The notes: a model not told the origin generated them from the letters alone. Positions 30,901-40,198 are shown, numbered from the stretch's first letter. The stretch: 54,380 nt of DNA from an uncultured virus (IMG/VR IMGVR_UViG_3300048913_000302) (IMGVR_UViG_3300048913_000302:62001-116380); one strand, 5' to 3'. Translations and numbers: made by a program.

Positions 30901-32220
30901 TTCCCGATGGAAGACTTGGGCTTCATGTCCGAGGGTACTGTCGACTCCGGTGACGTGGCGATCATTACCTACATGTCACCTAACGCTAACCTGACCACTA
31001 CCCGTGGTACGGTGCGTCTGTACGACGCTAAGCGTGACGGTAACTCCTGCATCATGTCGACGTCGGCTCAACTGGCATTCGACGCAGAGGGTGACGATCC
31101 GAAACGCCGTAACTTCATCAACGTACAGCACGGTCACGGTATCATGGCCGAGGGTTATGAAGTCCCTGCTGCGCGTACCGGCATGGAGCGTGCGATCGCA
31201 GGTCGTGAAGGTCCTGAGTTCGCCGTAACTGCAACCGGTAAGGGTGAGATCACGGAGCTGTCTGCTGACCACATCGCGGTCAAGTACGAAGACGGTCGAG
31301 TGGAACGGCATGAGTTGGGTCTGATCCACACCAATGCGGAAGGTTCGTCCTATCCGAACACCCTGGCGACTACGTTCAAACTCGGCGATAAAGTCAATGA
31401 GTTCGATGTATTGGCGTACAACCGTGGGTTCTTCAAGCCTGACCCAATCAACCCACGTCGTGTTGACTACATGGCTGGGTGCATGGCTAGGATTGCGCTT
31501 CGTGAGGCGGTGTACACGGTAGAGGACTCCTGCTCTCTGTCGATCGCCTTTGCTCAACGGATGCGTACCTACGTGTCGAAAGAGAAACCAATCACCGTCA
31601 ACTTTGATTACGAGATTAACAACCTCGTCAATGTAGGCGATACGGTGGATCTTAAGACAATTCTATGCGATATCAGGGGTGCAGTCTCCTCCGATGACGG
31701 ACTGTATGACGAAGCAGACCGTGAGGTCATGGGACGTCTGGCCGGCATGGCGCCAGAGGCTGGGGCTGTTGGTGTGGTATCGAAAGTTGAGGTCTTCTAT
31801 TGTGGTGATGTCGACGACATGTCGGAGTCGCTGCAAGCGATCGTGACCTTGGCGGAGAAGGAGCGTCGTCGTAAAGCACGTCGTCTTGGCAAGGACTATA
31901 CCTCCGGGCAAGTACCTCGCGGCGTGCGGATCGGCAAGAATGCTCTGGAGAACCAACAAGCCGTCATCATCGTCCACATGACTGTGGGTGTACCGATGGG
32001 TACTGCGGATAAGTTGGTGGTGGGGAACCAGATGAAGTCGACTGTGGGTGAGACGCTGTTCGGTAACAACCGTACGCTGACTACCAACGAACCGATCGAC
32101 ATGATCTTCGGTGCCAAATCGCCAATCGACCGTATCATCCTCGGACCGTTCTCGGGCGGCTCCACCAACACCCTCATGCGGTACGTGGGTGAGGAAGCGT
32201 TCCAGATGTATTTTGGCTAA
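27904..32220 (+). CDS. Virion RNA polymerase beta subunit, N-terminal part (phiKZ gp178-like)
   Basis: 1438 aa; TYTGRGGRS, GTVDSGDVA, TVEDS and ADKLVVGNQMKSTV parallel beta-subunit motifs. Confidence 0.9.
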   Translation: MAEMLEYSVYNRRFGLFKNSQLDIPVVYPIARLQLPKRALLHFAPVDGVTMGPQISDPMLRSIPGVIYIYHETQYHDPIGGPQRKYTNAQGMITEFRRKNRAFRPLKNLERLDLDDRVLPVFNYAMLSHLVKYPPTFRSSYYQWYNVMKEVVLNVNKTTKTSRRQQFIEIDLPDVMPTLTQLRELAARQSSDTLKHFGSAEMLTMADLFKWAGPLRKESLFGQIDPEQYGKINLIFRRLNGWVSVNLKWLDDFIISPKEVIEEYKAVQEQLKKDPNAQVELPIVKLSGMESKIFQLKFLRMLYKLHQATSPLETPTKEEVVDEKVVTIDTPDEKLDDLEFGMDANETVDEDDVVIDEIETISALEKELEDLERVRTASQTEEVFDEEGNVIDTKTIDIDVLQTKHVALEADGSAMLIKADELQLKGFLSPADHNRLKRLAEAHKNIKDPYGSGESLVEAMKIAEEDLIIEPKPITDDKTVIDRSMLHSRVDEFDKQYIEKTLRKDILRCVMAIQKSPVAVTGYTVEYEQDAVTDNEIHIVKLVPAVGLPSTVRFAIPRLRPNGTFLYKGTEYRMRKQRTDLPIRKISPSRVALSSYYSKVFVERSERKTFDMNRWFVERLVMKAQDTQDPVVHKAVLSTVVDYKADVPLIYTEISERLLSFSAGKLNFWFDHRRRIAQNDYSERELAFEKDGWVLVGRGPKGALIMDKIGAVYSITGGKLEDEGSIFELCGIPIEAGVTPTMMAEVKVYSKNIPIGVALGYLLGLDGLLKITKAKVRRVLMSERANLTQDEFAVRFKNETLVFDRNNPMVSMIFSGFNLFHESIKSYNSGMFNDKDVYAAVLDRSRIGSRYLRELDSLNTLFVDPITEDLLKWMGEPRTFTGLLIRSVEMLTTAQVSNRREDKNKRVELLERIRGYERVPGIIYETLAKAVRQYNARAAGGRGSVTINPNDPTNILVMDPTTSPVNNINPIHALREREVVTYTGRGGRSRRAMVASARLFPMEDLGFMSEGTVDSGDVAIITYMSPNANLTTTRGTVRLYDAKRDGNSCIMSTSAQLAFDAEGDDPKRRNFINVQHGHGIMAEGYEVPAARTGMERAIAGREGPEFAVTATGKGEITELSADHIAVKYEDGRVERHELGLIHTNAEGSSYPNTLATTFKLGDKVNEFDVLAYNRGFFKPDPINPRRVDYMAGCMARIALREAVYTVEDSCSLSIAFAQRMRTYVSKEKPITVNFDYEINNLVNVGDTVDLKTILCDIRGAVSSDDGLYDEADREVMGRLAGMAPEAGAVGVVSKVEVFYCGDVDDMSESLQAIVTLAEKERRRKARRLGKDYTSGQVPRGVRIGKNALENQQAVIIVHMTVGVPMGTADKLVVGNQMKSTVGETLFGNNRTLTTNEPIDMIFGAKSPIDRIILGPFSGGSTNTLMRYVGEEAFQMYFG

Positions 32221-32281
32221 GGTCGACAAACAGTACGTCCGCCCTCTTGGGCGGACGTATGCACTTTAAGAGGTGGGATAG

Positions 32282-32476
32282 ATGACCCCTAATGAATTGA
32301 ACAACCTGCCAGTGCTTGGCTCGGCAGTCGATCTCGTCACGGCTATCGCCTGTGAGATCGTTGGCAACGAGGTTGCCGGTGAACTCGAAGGCGAGAAACT
32401 CACCCAAAACGCCATTCGCGTTCTGGCGTCTTCGACCCTCAACAACGTCCTGACCGAGAAGACCCGCTATGCTTGA
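32282..32476 (+). CDS. Small hypothetical protein
   Basis: GAGGTGG RBS, strong codon bias, overlaps the next gene. Confidence 0.65.
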   Translation: MTPNELNNLPVLGSAVDLVTAIACEIVGNEVAGELEGEKLTQNAIRVLASSTLNNVLTEKTRYA

Positions 32477-33854
32477 TCCAAATGCACTGAAGAGCGTAGT
32501 AGCTCTGACGCAGAAACTCAGCAGCGACGGTCTGATCCTGACTCCTGTCGCCAACACCCCTCTGGCCCTGCTGGTCCACGAGTTGTCCATCGCCGGTATC
32601 GATCCGGAGAAGGCTACCTACGACGGCGCCATCAGCGCAATCGTGGACTGCTCCCGTGACGAGCGTCACAACGAAGTTCGCAAGACCTACCTGAACGGCG
32701 CCGTTTCGGCAGTACGCAGCACATTGTCGTTCACCCGCACCGAGGTCATGCCTCACATCCGCCGTGTGCTCCAGTCGTATTCCGACATGATGGACAGCTA
32801 CCAGTCTGGCCGTCCGCCGATCGAGTTCGATATCAAGTACGTGCCGGAAATTTACACCAGCCACATCGGTCGTGATCTGATCGACCGCTGGAACGATGTC
32901 CCGACTGCCAACAGCCCGGGCGCGATCAACCTCGGTTCGTACGAGCCTGACGAAATCCTCCAGCTGGTGCAGGTCACCAACGACCAGGACTTCAACACCG
33001 ACATGGCTGAGCTGTTGTCTGCCAACGGCGGTGAAGGTCTGAAGCAAATCATCGAAGTAGTTGGTGGTGTGCGTAACGTTACTCAGCTGGACGACGTCTA
33101 CTCGCTGCCTGCCAGCATCGTCCTGCAAGCGATCAGCCAGCCGAAAGAAGGTGTGCCTGGTACGCTGAGCAACTACAACGCCAACCGTGCCGTCATGTCC
33201 AACGTGGCTGGTAAGGCAGCGATGGCAGTGCTGGCTCGTCTGGGTACTTCGATTCGTGATACCAACATCTACAGCTCCCTGATCATCCGTCCGGGCGAGA
33301 AGGTTGTGCTGTGCGGTGAAGTGTACCGCGATCTGCTGGAGAAAGGCCTGACCGTCGAAGCCCTGATGGGTAACGAGATCCTGGGTCGTCCTCATCGTGG
33401 TCAAGCGCTGCTGGTGCCTGAAAACATCGAGCGCATGATGGCCGCTTACGAGAAAGACCGTCTGGTTCGTCAACAGGCGGCTGCGCAGGATCGCAAAGCG
33501 AACTCCCGCAAAGCCATCATGAACTCGCTGCGTGCTGATCTTGACGCTGTGGTCGAACAAGGCAAGATGGTTATCGAGGGCGACGACAAAGAGCGTGCCT
33601 GGAGCCGTCTGCGTACTGTGGTCGATCAGGTGTTGAGTTCCGAGTGGCGTGATGCTGAGCCGATCTACCTGATCGCTACCTGCATCTGCGTGACCTGGTA
33701 CGCCCACACCGATGCTGCTCGGTTCATCGACATCATGCTCGATATCGAGAAGCAGAACCCAGGCATGGCTGAAACTCAGTTCGACTTCCTGGCAACCCTG
33801 CGTTACATCTCGCTGTGGGTGGCGTCGCAGATCTCGGCTGAACGTGCAGCCTAA
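32469..33854 (+). CDS. Putative virion protein (phiKZ gp177-like by synteny)
   Basis: 461 aa with strong codon bias, between vRNAP and the protease. Confidence 0.6.
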   Translation: MLDPNALKSVVALTQKLSSDGLILTPVANTPLALLVHELSIAGIDPEKATYDGAISAIVDCSRDERHNEVRKTYLNGAVSAVRSTLSFTRTEVMPHIRRVLQSYSDMMDSYQSGRPPIEFDIKYVPEIYTSHIGRDLIDRWNDVPTANSPGAINLGSYEPDEILQLVQVTNDQDFNTDMAELLSANGGEGLKQIIEVVGGVRNVTQLDDVYSLPASIVLQAISQPKEGVPGTLSNYNANRAVMSNVAGKAAMAVLARLGTSIRDTNIYSSLIIRPGEKVVLCGEVYRDLLEKGLTVEALMGNEILGRPHRGQALLVPENIERMMAAYEKDRLVRQQAAAQDRKANSRKAIMNSLRADLDAVVEQGKMVIEGDDKERAWSRLRTVVDQVLSSEWRDAEPIYLIATCICVTWYAHTDAARFIDIMLDIEKQNPGMAETQFDFLATLRYISLWVASQISAERAA

Positions 33855-33873
33855 TCCGTAAAGGCGAATCGTC

Positions 33874-34596
33874 ATGAGAAAAAGTGACTACATTCGCTCG
33901 AAGGAACGGGTAGACAGTTGCCTCAAGTTGGTTGGTGAGGCACTGGTTGCGTTAGAACCCCTCAGAGTCCAGATCCCCGAACGGTTCGCCGATCGGGGAC
34001 TGGCTTTGATTGAAGACGTTACGAACATTCTCGGTTTCATGGCTATCATTACCGAGGACAACTTCTACGCGTCTTGCACTCAAACCAACATGGTCCGGAC
34101 AGAACCGGACCGTATCGGTAAGGTGGTGGTCGACAACGTCCGTTACATCGAGCTGCATTACGACAAGGGTTCCAAGGTCATTGCCAACGTCAATCTGGTG
34201 ATGAATGACAACCTCCCGCACCCGATCTTCACTGAACATTGGGGTAAGGCCAAGATCCCGTGGTACTACGATCAAGAGGACCTTGCCTGGATGTTCATGA
34301 ACACTGGGCGCGACAATGGTGTGACGATCGGCGCAGATCCTGCCATTTTGGAGTTTGGTGCTGGGCGACTCTGTCGCAATCCCGATGACCCGACAAAGTT
34401 CTACCGCGAACAGTTGGGCTCCAAGGAACTCTTCAAAACCAAGCCGCCGGTCATCGTCGGGTTCAAGAACGTCAGCTACGGCGCAAACAACTTCAGTACC
34501 AAAACCGGCGGTTCGTTCTACAGCCCCGGCCAGACTTCTGCACTGGCCCACCCTGCGGAGCGTAACGAACGAGTGGAATGGTTCTTGCGCCAATAA
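33874..34596 (+). CDS. Conserved virion protein, candidate vRNAP-associated subunit (phiKZ gp176-like by synteny)
   Basis: 240 aa directly upstream of the prohead protease; function inferred from gene order only. Confidence 0.5.
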   Translation: MRKSDYIRSKERVDSCLKLVGEALVALEPLRVQIPERFADRGLALIEDVTNILGFMAIITEDNFYASCTQTNMVRTEPDRIGKVVVDNVRYIELHYDKGSKVIANVNLVMNDNLPHPIFTEHWGKAKIPWYYDQEDLAWMFMNTGRDNGVTIGADPAILEFGAGRLCRNPDDPTKFYREQLGSKELFKTKPPVIVGFKNVSYGANNFSTKTGGSFYSPGQTSALAHPAERNERVEWFLRQ

Positions 34597-34608
34597 AGGA
34601 AAACCAAC

Positions 34609-35406
34609 ATGGGCGCAGCAGCGGCTAGAAGCGACCAGCAGTATTTTGCGACGTACAGTAACGTCGCGCTGCAAGGGACGCTCAAGAAAGGCATCCTCAA
34701 ACAACTCGACAACGGTTACTACGAGATCATCCTCGGCGCCTTCGCAGCGTTTGGTAATGGCGGTTGGATCTACGATGAAGCGACAGCAATGCGCTACATC
34801 GAGAACGATCGTGATTTCCTGGCTGAACTGAAGGGCGGTCGGATGTACAGCGAGTGGGGTCACCCGGTTCGTCAACCAGGTCAAAGCGATGCGGATTGGT
34901 TTGCTCGTATCTGCTCGATCCTGGAGACCAACACCTCGTCGCACATCCGTGCTATCAAGTTGTCGTTCAACACTGTGACTGACGAGAAAGGCCGCAAGGT
35001 TGTCGCCGTCATTGGCGAAGTCAAACCTGCCGGGTACAAGGCTGACGAATTCCGTCTGCTGTTGGAAAACCCGCATGCGGATGTGGCGTATTCGATTCGC
35101 AGCTTTGCGCGTCGCGACTTCGCTACCAGTCGCAAACACATCACCAAAATCATCACCTGGGACAGTGTCACCACTCCGGGGATTGCGGTGGCGTCGAAGT
35201 ACAACACTCCTTCGCTGGAATCCAAGGACGTTACACTCATCCTGGACAAGGTCGAAGTGGAGTTCAACTTGCAGCGGTTGCGTAACAGCGTTCCTGAAGC
35301 CATGAACGCCGAGAGCTTCGAAAGCATGCCGCACGTCAAGATCCTCAATTCCTTGTATGAAGAGCACAAGCGCTCCATTCAAGTTCCCGCAACCTTCAGA
35401 TGGTGA
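34609..35406 (+). CDS. Prohead (head maturation) serine protease (phiKZ gp175-like)
   Basis: YSEWGHP (His), YSIRS (Ser), TWDSVTTPG, and C-terminal SLES/AESFES candidate autocleavage sites. Confidence 0.9.
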   Translation: MGAAAARSDQQYFATYSNVALQGTLKKGILKQLDNGYYEIILGAFAAFGNGGWIYDEATAMRYIENDRDFLAELKGGRMYSEWGHPVRQPGQSDADWFARICSILETNTSSHIRAIKLSFNTVTDEKGRKVVAVIGEVKPAGYKADEFRLLLENPHADVAYSIRSFARRDFATSRKHITKIITWDSVTTPGIAVASKYNTPSLESKDVTLILDKVEVEFNLQRLRNSVPEAMNAESFESMPHVKILNSLYEEHKRSIQVPATFRW

Positions 35407-35416
35407 GAACCTCCCC

Positions 35417-36784
35417 ATGAGCCACAATATTGCCGATATGCTGTCGCAGCTGACCACCGAAGCGGCTGTCGTTGACATGCCAACCGAAGGTCCGATCGAA
35501 GAACTCGACAGCTCCCTGATGGATCAAGCCGACGGTGCTGGTGAACCTACCGTTGCCTCGATCGTCGAAGACCTGAAGCGCTCCGAAGATCTGGGCGGTA
35601 CTCTGAACGACATCGCCGATCGCGCCGAAGTCGTCGAGACCCAACTTGCCAAGACCGGCGAAGATGCGCCAAGCGAAACCGAACTGAAGGTGGCTGAAAT
35701 CACCGTCGAAGGTCTGGTTCGCGAATACGGCACCACCGTACGTGCTTTCGGCATGCAAGCTTCGTGGCAGTCCTATTCCACCGAAGCTGCCCAAACACCA
35801 ATCGAGCGCGCAACTGCGATCAAGAACGACAGCCGCAAGTTCGGCGGTATCGCCAATCAAGCCGCTCTCAGCCTGGGTGATGTTTCGACCGAATCGTCCG
35901 GTATCGTCAAGGTGTTGGGTCGTCACAAGGCGCGCCTGGAAACCGCACGCGCTGCGTTGCAGAACGCTTCCCGCCGTGTCGAGGCGAACATCGCTGAACT
36001 GAAAGATCAGCCGAAGATCGTCCACAACAACGGCGTTGCTCGCTTCATGACTCGCCACAACGGTGCGGTGACCAACCTGCCGGCAGCGATCAAAGAAGAA
36101 GCCGCGTGGATGGCCAAAGCTCACAGCGCTGTTCACAGTGCGATGGCTGCGATCCATACCGCCGTTGCCAAGGTCAAGGCCAATCCTGAACTGACCATCG
36201 AGCAGATCTTGTCGTCTGGTGAGTTCAAGGCCATCAACGAACTGTCGACCAGCGTCGGTTTCCTGATGGGTAACCACACTGTCGAGATCAAGAAGTCCGA
36301 AGTGCCGGTTCCTTACTACTACCGCCACACCAAGGACATCCACAGCACGGTAGGTTCTCGTGTTGCCGGCGGTATCTTTGCCGTGGCTGGTGGTGTGGCT
36401 TCTGGTAACACTGCTACTCTGCTCACCCTCGCGATTGGTGGTCCGGCAATCGGTCCAATTGTCGCCGCAGCAGCTGGTGGTGTGGCTCTGGGTAAAACCA
36501 TGTCCAGGTACGTTAAGGACCGGTCCAGCGTTACCAGCGCTGCATCTGCTCAGGACATGAAGCAGGTCTTCGATCTCGTGCTGGGGTACAACAAGTACAC
36601 CGACGCGACCATGGACTGGAATGTCTTCAACGAACTGGACGACGCCCACAGCGCTACCAAGAGCAAAGCGATCGGCGCTCTGAGTCACGCTGCGTGGAAC
36701 GTCTACGTCGTCAGCGAGATCCTGTACGATCAGGCGCTCTACACCACCACTCGCCTGGCCATCCTGGCTCGCGACATTTCGTAA
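35417..36784 (+). CDS. Putative internal head protein with acidic propeptide
   Basis: Acidic N-terminus, two STE motifs, Gly/Ala-rich hydrophobic C-terminal segment. Confidence 0.65.
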   Translation: MSHNIADMLSQLTTEAAVVDMPTEGPIEELDSSLMDQADGAGEPTVASIVEDLKRSEDLGGTLNDIADRAEVVETQLAKTGEDAPSETELKVAEITVEGLVREYGTTVRAFGMQASWQSYSTEAAQTPIERATAIKNDSRKFGGIANQAALSLGDVSTESSGIVKVLGRHKARLETARAALQNASRRVEANIAELKDQPKIVHNNGVARFMTRHNGAVTNLPAAIKEEAAWMAKAHSAVHSAMAAIHTAVAKVKANPELTIEQILSSGEFKAINELSTSVGFLMGNHTVEIKKSEVPVPYYYRHTKDIHSTVGSRVAGGIFAVAGGVASGNTATLLTLAIGGPAIGPIVAAAAGGVALGKTMSRYVKDRSSVTSAASAQDMKQVFDLVLGYNKYTDATMDWNVFNELDDAHSATKSKAIGALSHAAWNVYVVSEILYDQALYTTTRLAILARDIS

Positions 36785-36796
36785 GGGTTTTCCAAC

Positions 36797-38194
36797 ATGA
36801 ATGACATCGAAGAGCTGTTGAAAGGCTACACCGCCGAATCGGGCGCTATCACGCCTGAGGACACCGGTGCGGTCGACGACGCCGTCGTTCATCGCCTGGA
36901 CGACGTTACCGAAAACAGCCTGGCGGCTGAGATCTCTTCTGCGGCTGACGCTGGCGAAGTGGCTGACCATCTGGATGAGATTGGCGATCGTGCTGAAGTA
37001 CTGGCCGAAGCCAACGACACCCTGACTGCTGAAGTGGCGATCGAAAGCCTGCACCGCGAGTTCAACACCGTGGTACGCGCCTGGAAGTTGCCGGCGACTG
37101 CTGAGTCGTTCGAATCGGCAGGCAGTGATGAAGGTCGGATGCGTGGTCTGGCGCGTGATGCGCGTCGTTCGGCTGAGATCGCTCGTGAGTGCCGTGCACT
37201 CACTCTGGACTTCAGTGCGGAAGGTCGCATCGTGGAGTTCCTGCGTCGTGACAAGGCCAAACTCGAGAGCGCTAACAAGGCCCTCGAAGAAGCCATGCAT
37301 ATGTTGACTCCGATCGCAGCCAAACTGCGTGAAGGCGGTGTGATCCTCAAGCACGACGGCTTCCGTCGGTTCCTGACTGTGGAAGGTAAAGAAGTCAACG
37401 ACCTGGATGCTGCTCTGCATCGCCAGACCGAACTTCTGACTCACGCTCACGACGCTGCGCTTAAGGGCCTGTCCGAAGTCGTATCGATGGCCAAGTCCCT
37501 GCTGGGCACCAACGTCAAGGCTGGTGTGGCTAACGCAATGAATGGTCGTCACTTCGGTGAACTGTCGAACGTTGCGACTGCCAAGGGCGGGCTGCTGGGT
37601 AACTTCACCATCAGCGCCAAGGACAAGCCTGGCAAGATGGCTCACCTGGCAGTTCCTGTCTTCTCGCGCTCCAACGAGCACAGCTTCTCGAAGATGGGTC
37701 TGGCCAAAGGCGTGGGTACCGCCACCTGGAAGCTGTTCGTCGGTTCCGTACGTCATGCCGCCATCCAAGGCGCCATCGGGCAGAACGGTAACCGGTTCGC
37801 TCATGGCGTTAATGATGCCCTGCATACGGCAAGTGACGTCGATGCGATCAAGAAAGGTGTCGACAAGTATCACCAGCACGTCAATGCCTCGAAGATGAAG
37901 TCTGCTGCCACCTACGAAGAGTTGGTGAAAGCGGCTGAAATGGTTCGTGGTTACGTGAAGTTCACCACCGATCGTCTGAACCTGGACGACTTCGAATCGG
38001 CTCTGAAGTCTGCTCGCGGCAATACCGCAACGCTGACCTCGGAAGAGAAGTCCGATCTGAAGGGTGTGTGCTCGGCGCTGGAAGATGCGGCTGGTCGTAT
38101 CGCCGGTCTGGAGAGTGTTGTCTATGAGCAGGCGGTGTACACCACCACCCTCATGGCGTCCCTCATCAAGAACGTCGTCGACAAGATCGAGTGA
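36797..38194 (+). CDS. Putative internal head protein, paralog-like to the previous gene
   Basis: Acidic N-terminus with AIE, SFE and SAE motifs; C-terminus YEQAVYTTTL versus YDQALYTTTR in the neighbour. Confidence 0.65.
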   Translation: MNDIEELLKGYTAESGAITPEDTGAVDDAVVHRLDDVTENSLAAEISSAADAGEVADHLDEIGDRAEVLAEANDTLTAEVAIESLHREFNTVVRAWKLPATAESFESAGSDEGRMRGLARDARRSAEIARECRALTLDFSAEGRIVEFLRRDKAKLESANKALEEAMHMLTPIAAKLREGGVILKHDGFRRFLTVEGKEVNDLDAALHRQTELLTHAHDAALKGLSEVVSMAKSLLGTNVKAGVANAMNGRHFGELSNVATAKGGLLGNFTISAKDKPGKMAHLAVPVFSRSNEHSFSKMGLAKGVGTATWKLFVGSVRHAAIQGAIGQNGNRFAHGVNDALHTASDVDAIKKGVDKYHQHVNASKMKSAATYEELVKAAEMVRGYVKFTTDRLNLDDFESALKSARGNTATLTSEEKSDLKGVCSALEDAAGRIAGLESVVYEQAVYTTTLMASLIKNVVDKIE

Positions 38195-38200
38195 TGGCCT

Positions 38201-38242
38201 GACCACCTACGGCTTTGCGGCCGTAGGTGGTCTTTATGCCGT
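38201..38242 (+). terminator. Hairpin terminator with TTTATGCCGT tail
   Basis: GACCACCTACGGC-TTTGCG-GCCGTAGGTGGTC-TTTATGCCGT. Confidence 0.85.
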
Positions 38243-38271
38243 CGAATTAAAGTTAAAGATTTTACACTGAC

Positions 38272-38291
38272 ACATAGCCAACGTGAATCAA
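38272..38291 (+). promoter_or_regulatory. ACATAG-N7-GAATCAA motif, copy 2
   Basis: Exact motif, preceded by AAAGATTTT, upstream of an AGGAG RBS. Confidence 0.7.
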
Positions 38292-38315
38292 TACAACCCT
38301 GTCAGGAGAAACATC

Positions 38316-38459
38316 ATGAATATACCGAACGGTTATGCTCTCTTTCTGATCGCACGCGTGGCTGTGCAGTCCGCTATCATCGGCGCTGCCGCTGGCGGTG
38401 TCATTATCGCAATGGCGTATAAGGGTCGTGCCGACGGCAAGAAGGAACGTGGAGAATGA
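38316..38459 (+). CDS. 47-aa membrane peptide
   Basis: AGGAG RBS; hydrophobic core and basic tail (MNIPNGYALFLIARVAVQSAIIGAAAGGVIIAMAYKGRADGKKERGE). Confidence 0.7.
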   Translation: MNIPNGYALFLIARVAVQSAIIGAAAGGVIIAMAYKGRADGKKERGE

Positions 38460-38611
38460 ACCTCTCAGTCTTTAAGGTAGTTGTCAACGTGGTTGGTATT
38501 ACCAGCCTTCTTGGGAGCGCGTATCTTACTGTCAAAGTCTGGACAGATAAGAGCGAATTGGGCCAGAAGATGAAGGTCCAATTGAAGGAAGAAATATCGA
38601 AGTTAAAATAG
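38456..38611 (+). CDS. 51-aa membrane peptide
   Basis: ATGA overlap with the previous ORF; N-terminal TM (FKVVVNVVGITSLLGSAYLTVKVW) and Lys-rich tail. Confidence 0.6.
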   Translation: MNLSVFKVVVNVVGITSLLGSAYLTVKVWTDKSELGQKMKVQLKEEISKLK

Positions 38612-38621
38612 TTTCAATGAT

Positions 38622-38641
38622 ACATAGTTGTCATGAATCAA
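38622..38641 (+). promoter_or_regulatory. ACATAG-N7-GAATCAA motif, copy 3
   Basis: Exact motif upstream of the AGGAGG RBS of the gene at 38693. Confidence 0.7.
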
Positions 38642-38692
38642 ACCAATGCTGACTCACTAATGAGTCATACACCGTCCTAGGAGGACACTGAA

Positions 38693-39097
38693 ATGAAAGC
38701 ACTGAACACACAAACTCTGGAAGCCACCATCATTGCTCGCATCGTGGCTACCGAAGGCGAACCCTCTGCCCGCTTCTCTCCTGAAGCGCTGGTGCAGTTC
38801 AACGCCATCAACGACAAGCTGCAAGAACTGCACGCTCGTCCCGTTGAAGAACTCACCGCCGAGGAAATCGACATCATCGAGAACTCGGTAGCCAACGTCG
38901 ATCCATGGTCGATCACCGGCCTGCAAGTCGATGGCGTGATCGAGCCGATCGCTGACGACTTCTTCCAGGAAGTCATGGCCGGCCTGAACAACGGCGTTGA
39001 GCAACACGCCGCTGGTATCGCGTTCTCTACCAGTCTGATCGCGAAAGTGGTGAACACAAACACCAACTTCAAGCTCAGCCTGAGCCCTGCCGTTTAA
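38693..39097 (+). CDS. Hypothetical protein
   Basis: AGGAGG RBS, 134 aa. Confidence 0.75.
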   Translation: MKALNTQTLEATIIARIVATEGEPSARFSPEALVQFNAINDKLQELHARPVEELTAEEIDIIENSVANVDPWSITGLQVDGVIEPIADDFFQEVMAGLNNGVEQHAAGIAFSTSLIAKVVNTNTNFKLSLSPAV

Positions 39098-39160
39098 TTT
39101 CATTCAATCAACGGGACCTTACGGGTGTAGGGTCCTTACACCGTCTTAGGAGACAACACA

Positions 39161-40153
39161 ATGAACGCAGCAGAATTCCTCACCTCCCTGTTCGAAGAAA
39201 ACACTCGCAAGATCGTGGACATCGAATACAAGGAAGAGTTTCGTGGTAGCACCGGTTACTTCGAACCCATGATGTCGATGGCTCTGGGTCTGCCTATGGG
39301 CACTCGCTTCCGCTTCAACACCGGCCCTGAGAACAACCGTCGTGTCGTGGGGATCGTTACCCCTGTCGGTAACGTGATCTTCTTCGACCGCTTCACCGGC
39401 GGCGAGAACGAGGTGGTTGTTCAAAACGTACCGGCTCCACTGTCGGGTCTGTACCCCACGGGTGCGGTGACCTTCGAATCCATCCATCAAGCGATGGGCG
39501 GTAAAGACGGTTACGGCGTGGGTATCTCCGAGGTTGTCTCGCGCATTTGCAATATCGCCAACATGCTCCCCATCCACGCCAAAGTGGGTTGGTTGGTGAA
39601 TCGCGAAATCGTCATCGGCGACAGTGTTCCGGAAGACTTCGAGGGTGATCACCTTAACGGGGTCAAGGACATCCTTGCGCCAGCGCCGGGAACGATAGAA
39701 GACGAGCCTCGTGGCGAAGGGTTCGACGAGTCGTTCACGTTGCTGAACTACGGGAGCTTCCCTAACCTGGATCATGGTGGTCCAGCACGGCTTCCGTTCT
39801 CTACCGAACTCCCAGTAGAGGCGCGTGCACGCATGGAGATGACCCAAGTCCATGCAAGGGCCAAGATCGAAGATCCGGACAAGGTAGATCTCACCGCTAT
39901 CATGGCGCGGGTCGAAGCCTATCTGACCGGTACGCCTGACAACACTCTGCAAGAACGAGTGGAAGAACTGGCCGGCATGCTTCCGGAAACTGGCGATCGC
40001 TACCGTCGTGCACGTCTGGCGCTGCGCATCACAGCTGTACACATGACACCAGTTCAGATCACCAATCTGATGGTCCAACTGCGCACAGCTGATCCTGCGT
40101 ACGTCAACGATCTGGTAAACAACACGATCGCAAACGCACGCCTCATGAAGTAA
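39161..40153 (+). CDS. Hypothetical protein
   Basis: AGGAG RBS, 330 aa. Confidence 0.75.
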   Translation: MNAAEFLTSLFEENTRKIVDIEYKEEFRGSTGYFEPMMSMALGLPMGTRFRFNTGPENNRRVVGIVTPVGNVIFFDRFTGGENEVVVQNVPAPLSGLYPTGAVTFESIHQAMGGKDGYGVGISEVVSRICNIANMLPIHAKVGWLVNREIVIGDSVPEDFEGDHLNGVKDILAPAPGTIEDEPRGEGFDESFTLLNYGSFPNLDHGGPARLPFSTELPVEARARMEMTQVHARAKIEDPDKVDLTAIMARVEAYLTGTPDNTLQERVEELAGMLPETGDRYRRARLALRITAVHMTPVQITNLMVQLRTADPAYVNDLVNNTIANARLMK

Positions 40154-40178
40154 TCGCAGTTAAAAGATTTTCAGTAAT

Positions 40179-40198
40179 ACATAGCTGTTCCGAATCAA
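40179..40198 (+). promoter_or_regulatory. ACATAG-N7-GAATCAA motif, copy 4
   Basis: Exact motif, preceded by AAAGATTTT. Confidence 0.7.

Noticed and set aside
35396..38206. 936-aa minus-strand ORF
   Set aside because: Antisense shadow of two codon-biased head genes, with no RBS or motifs.
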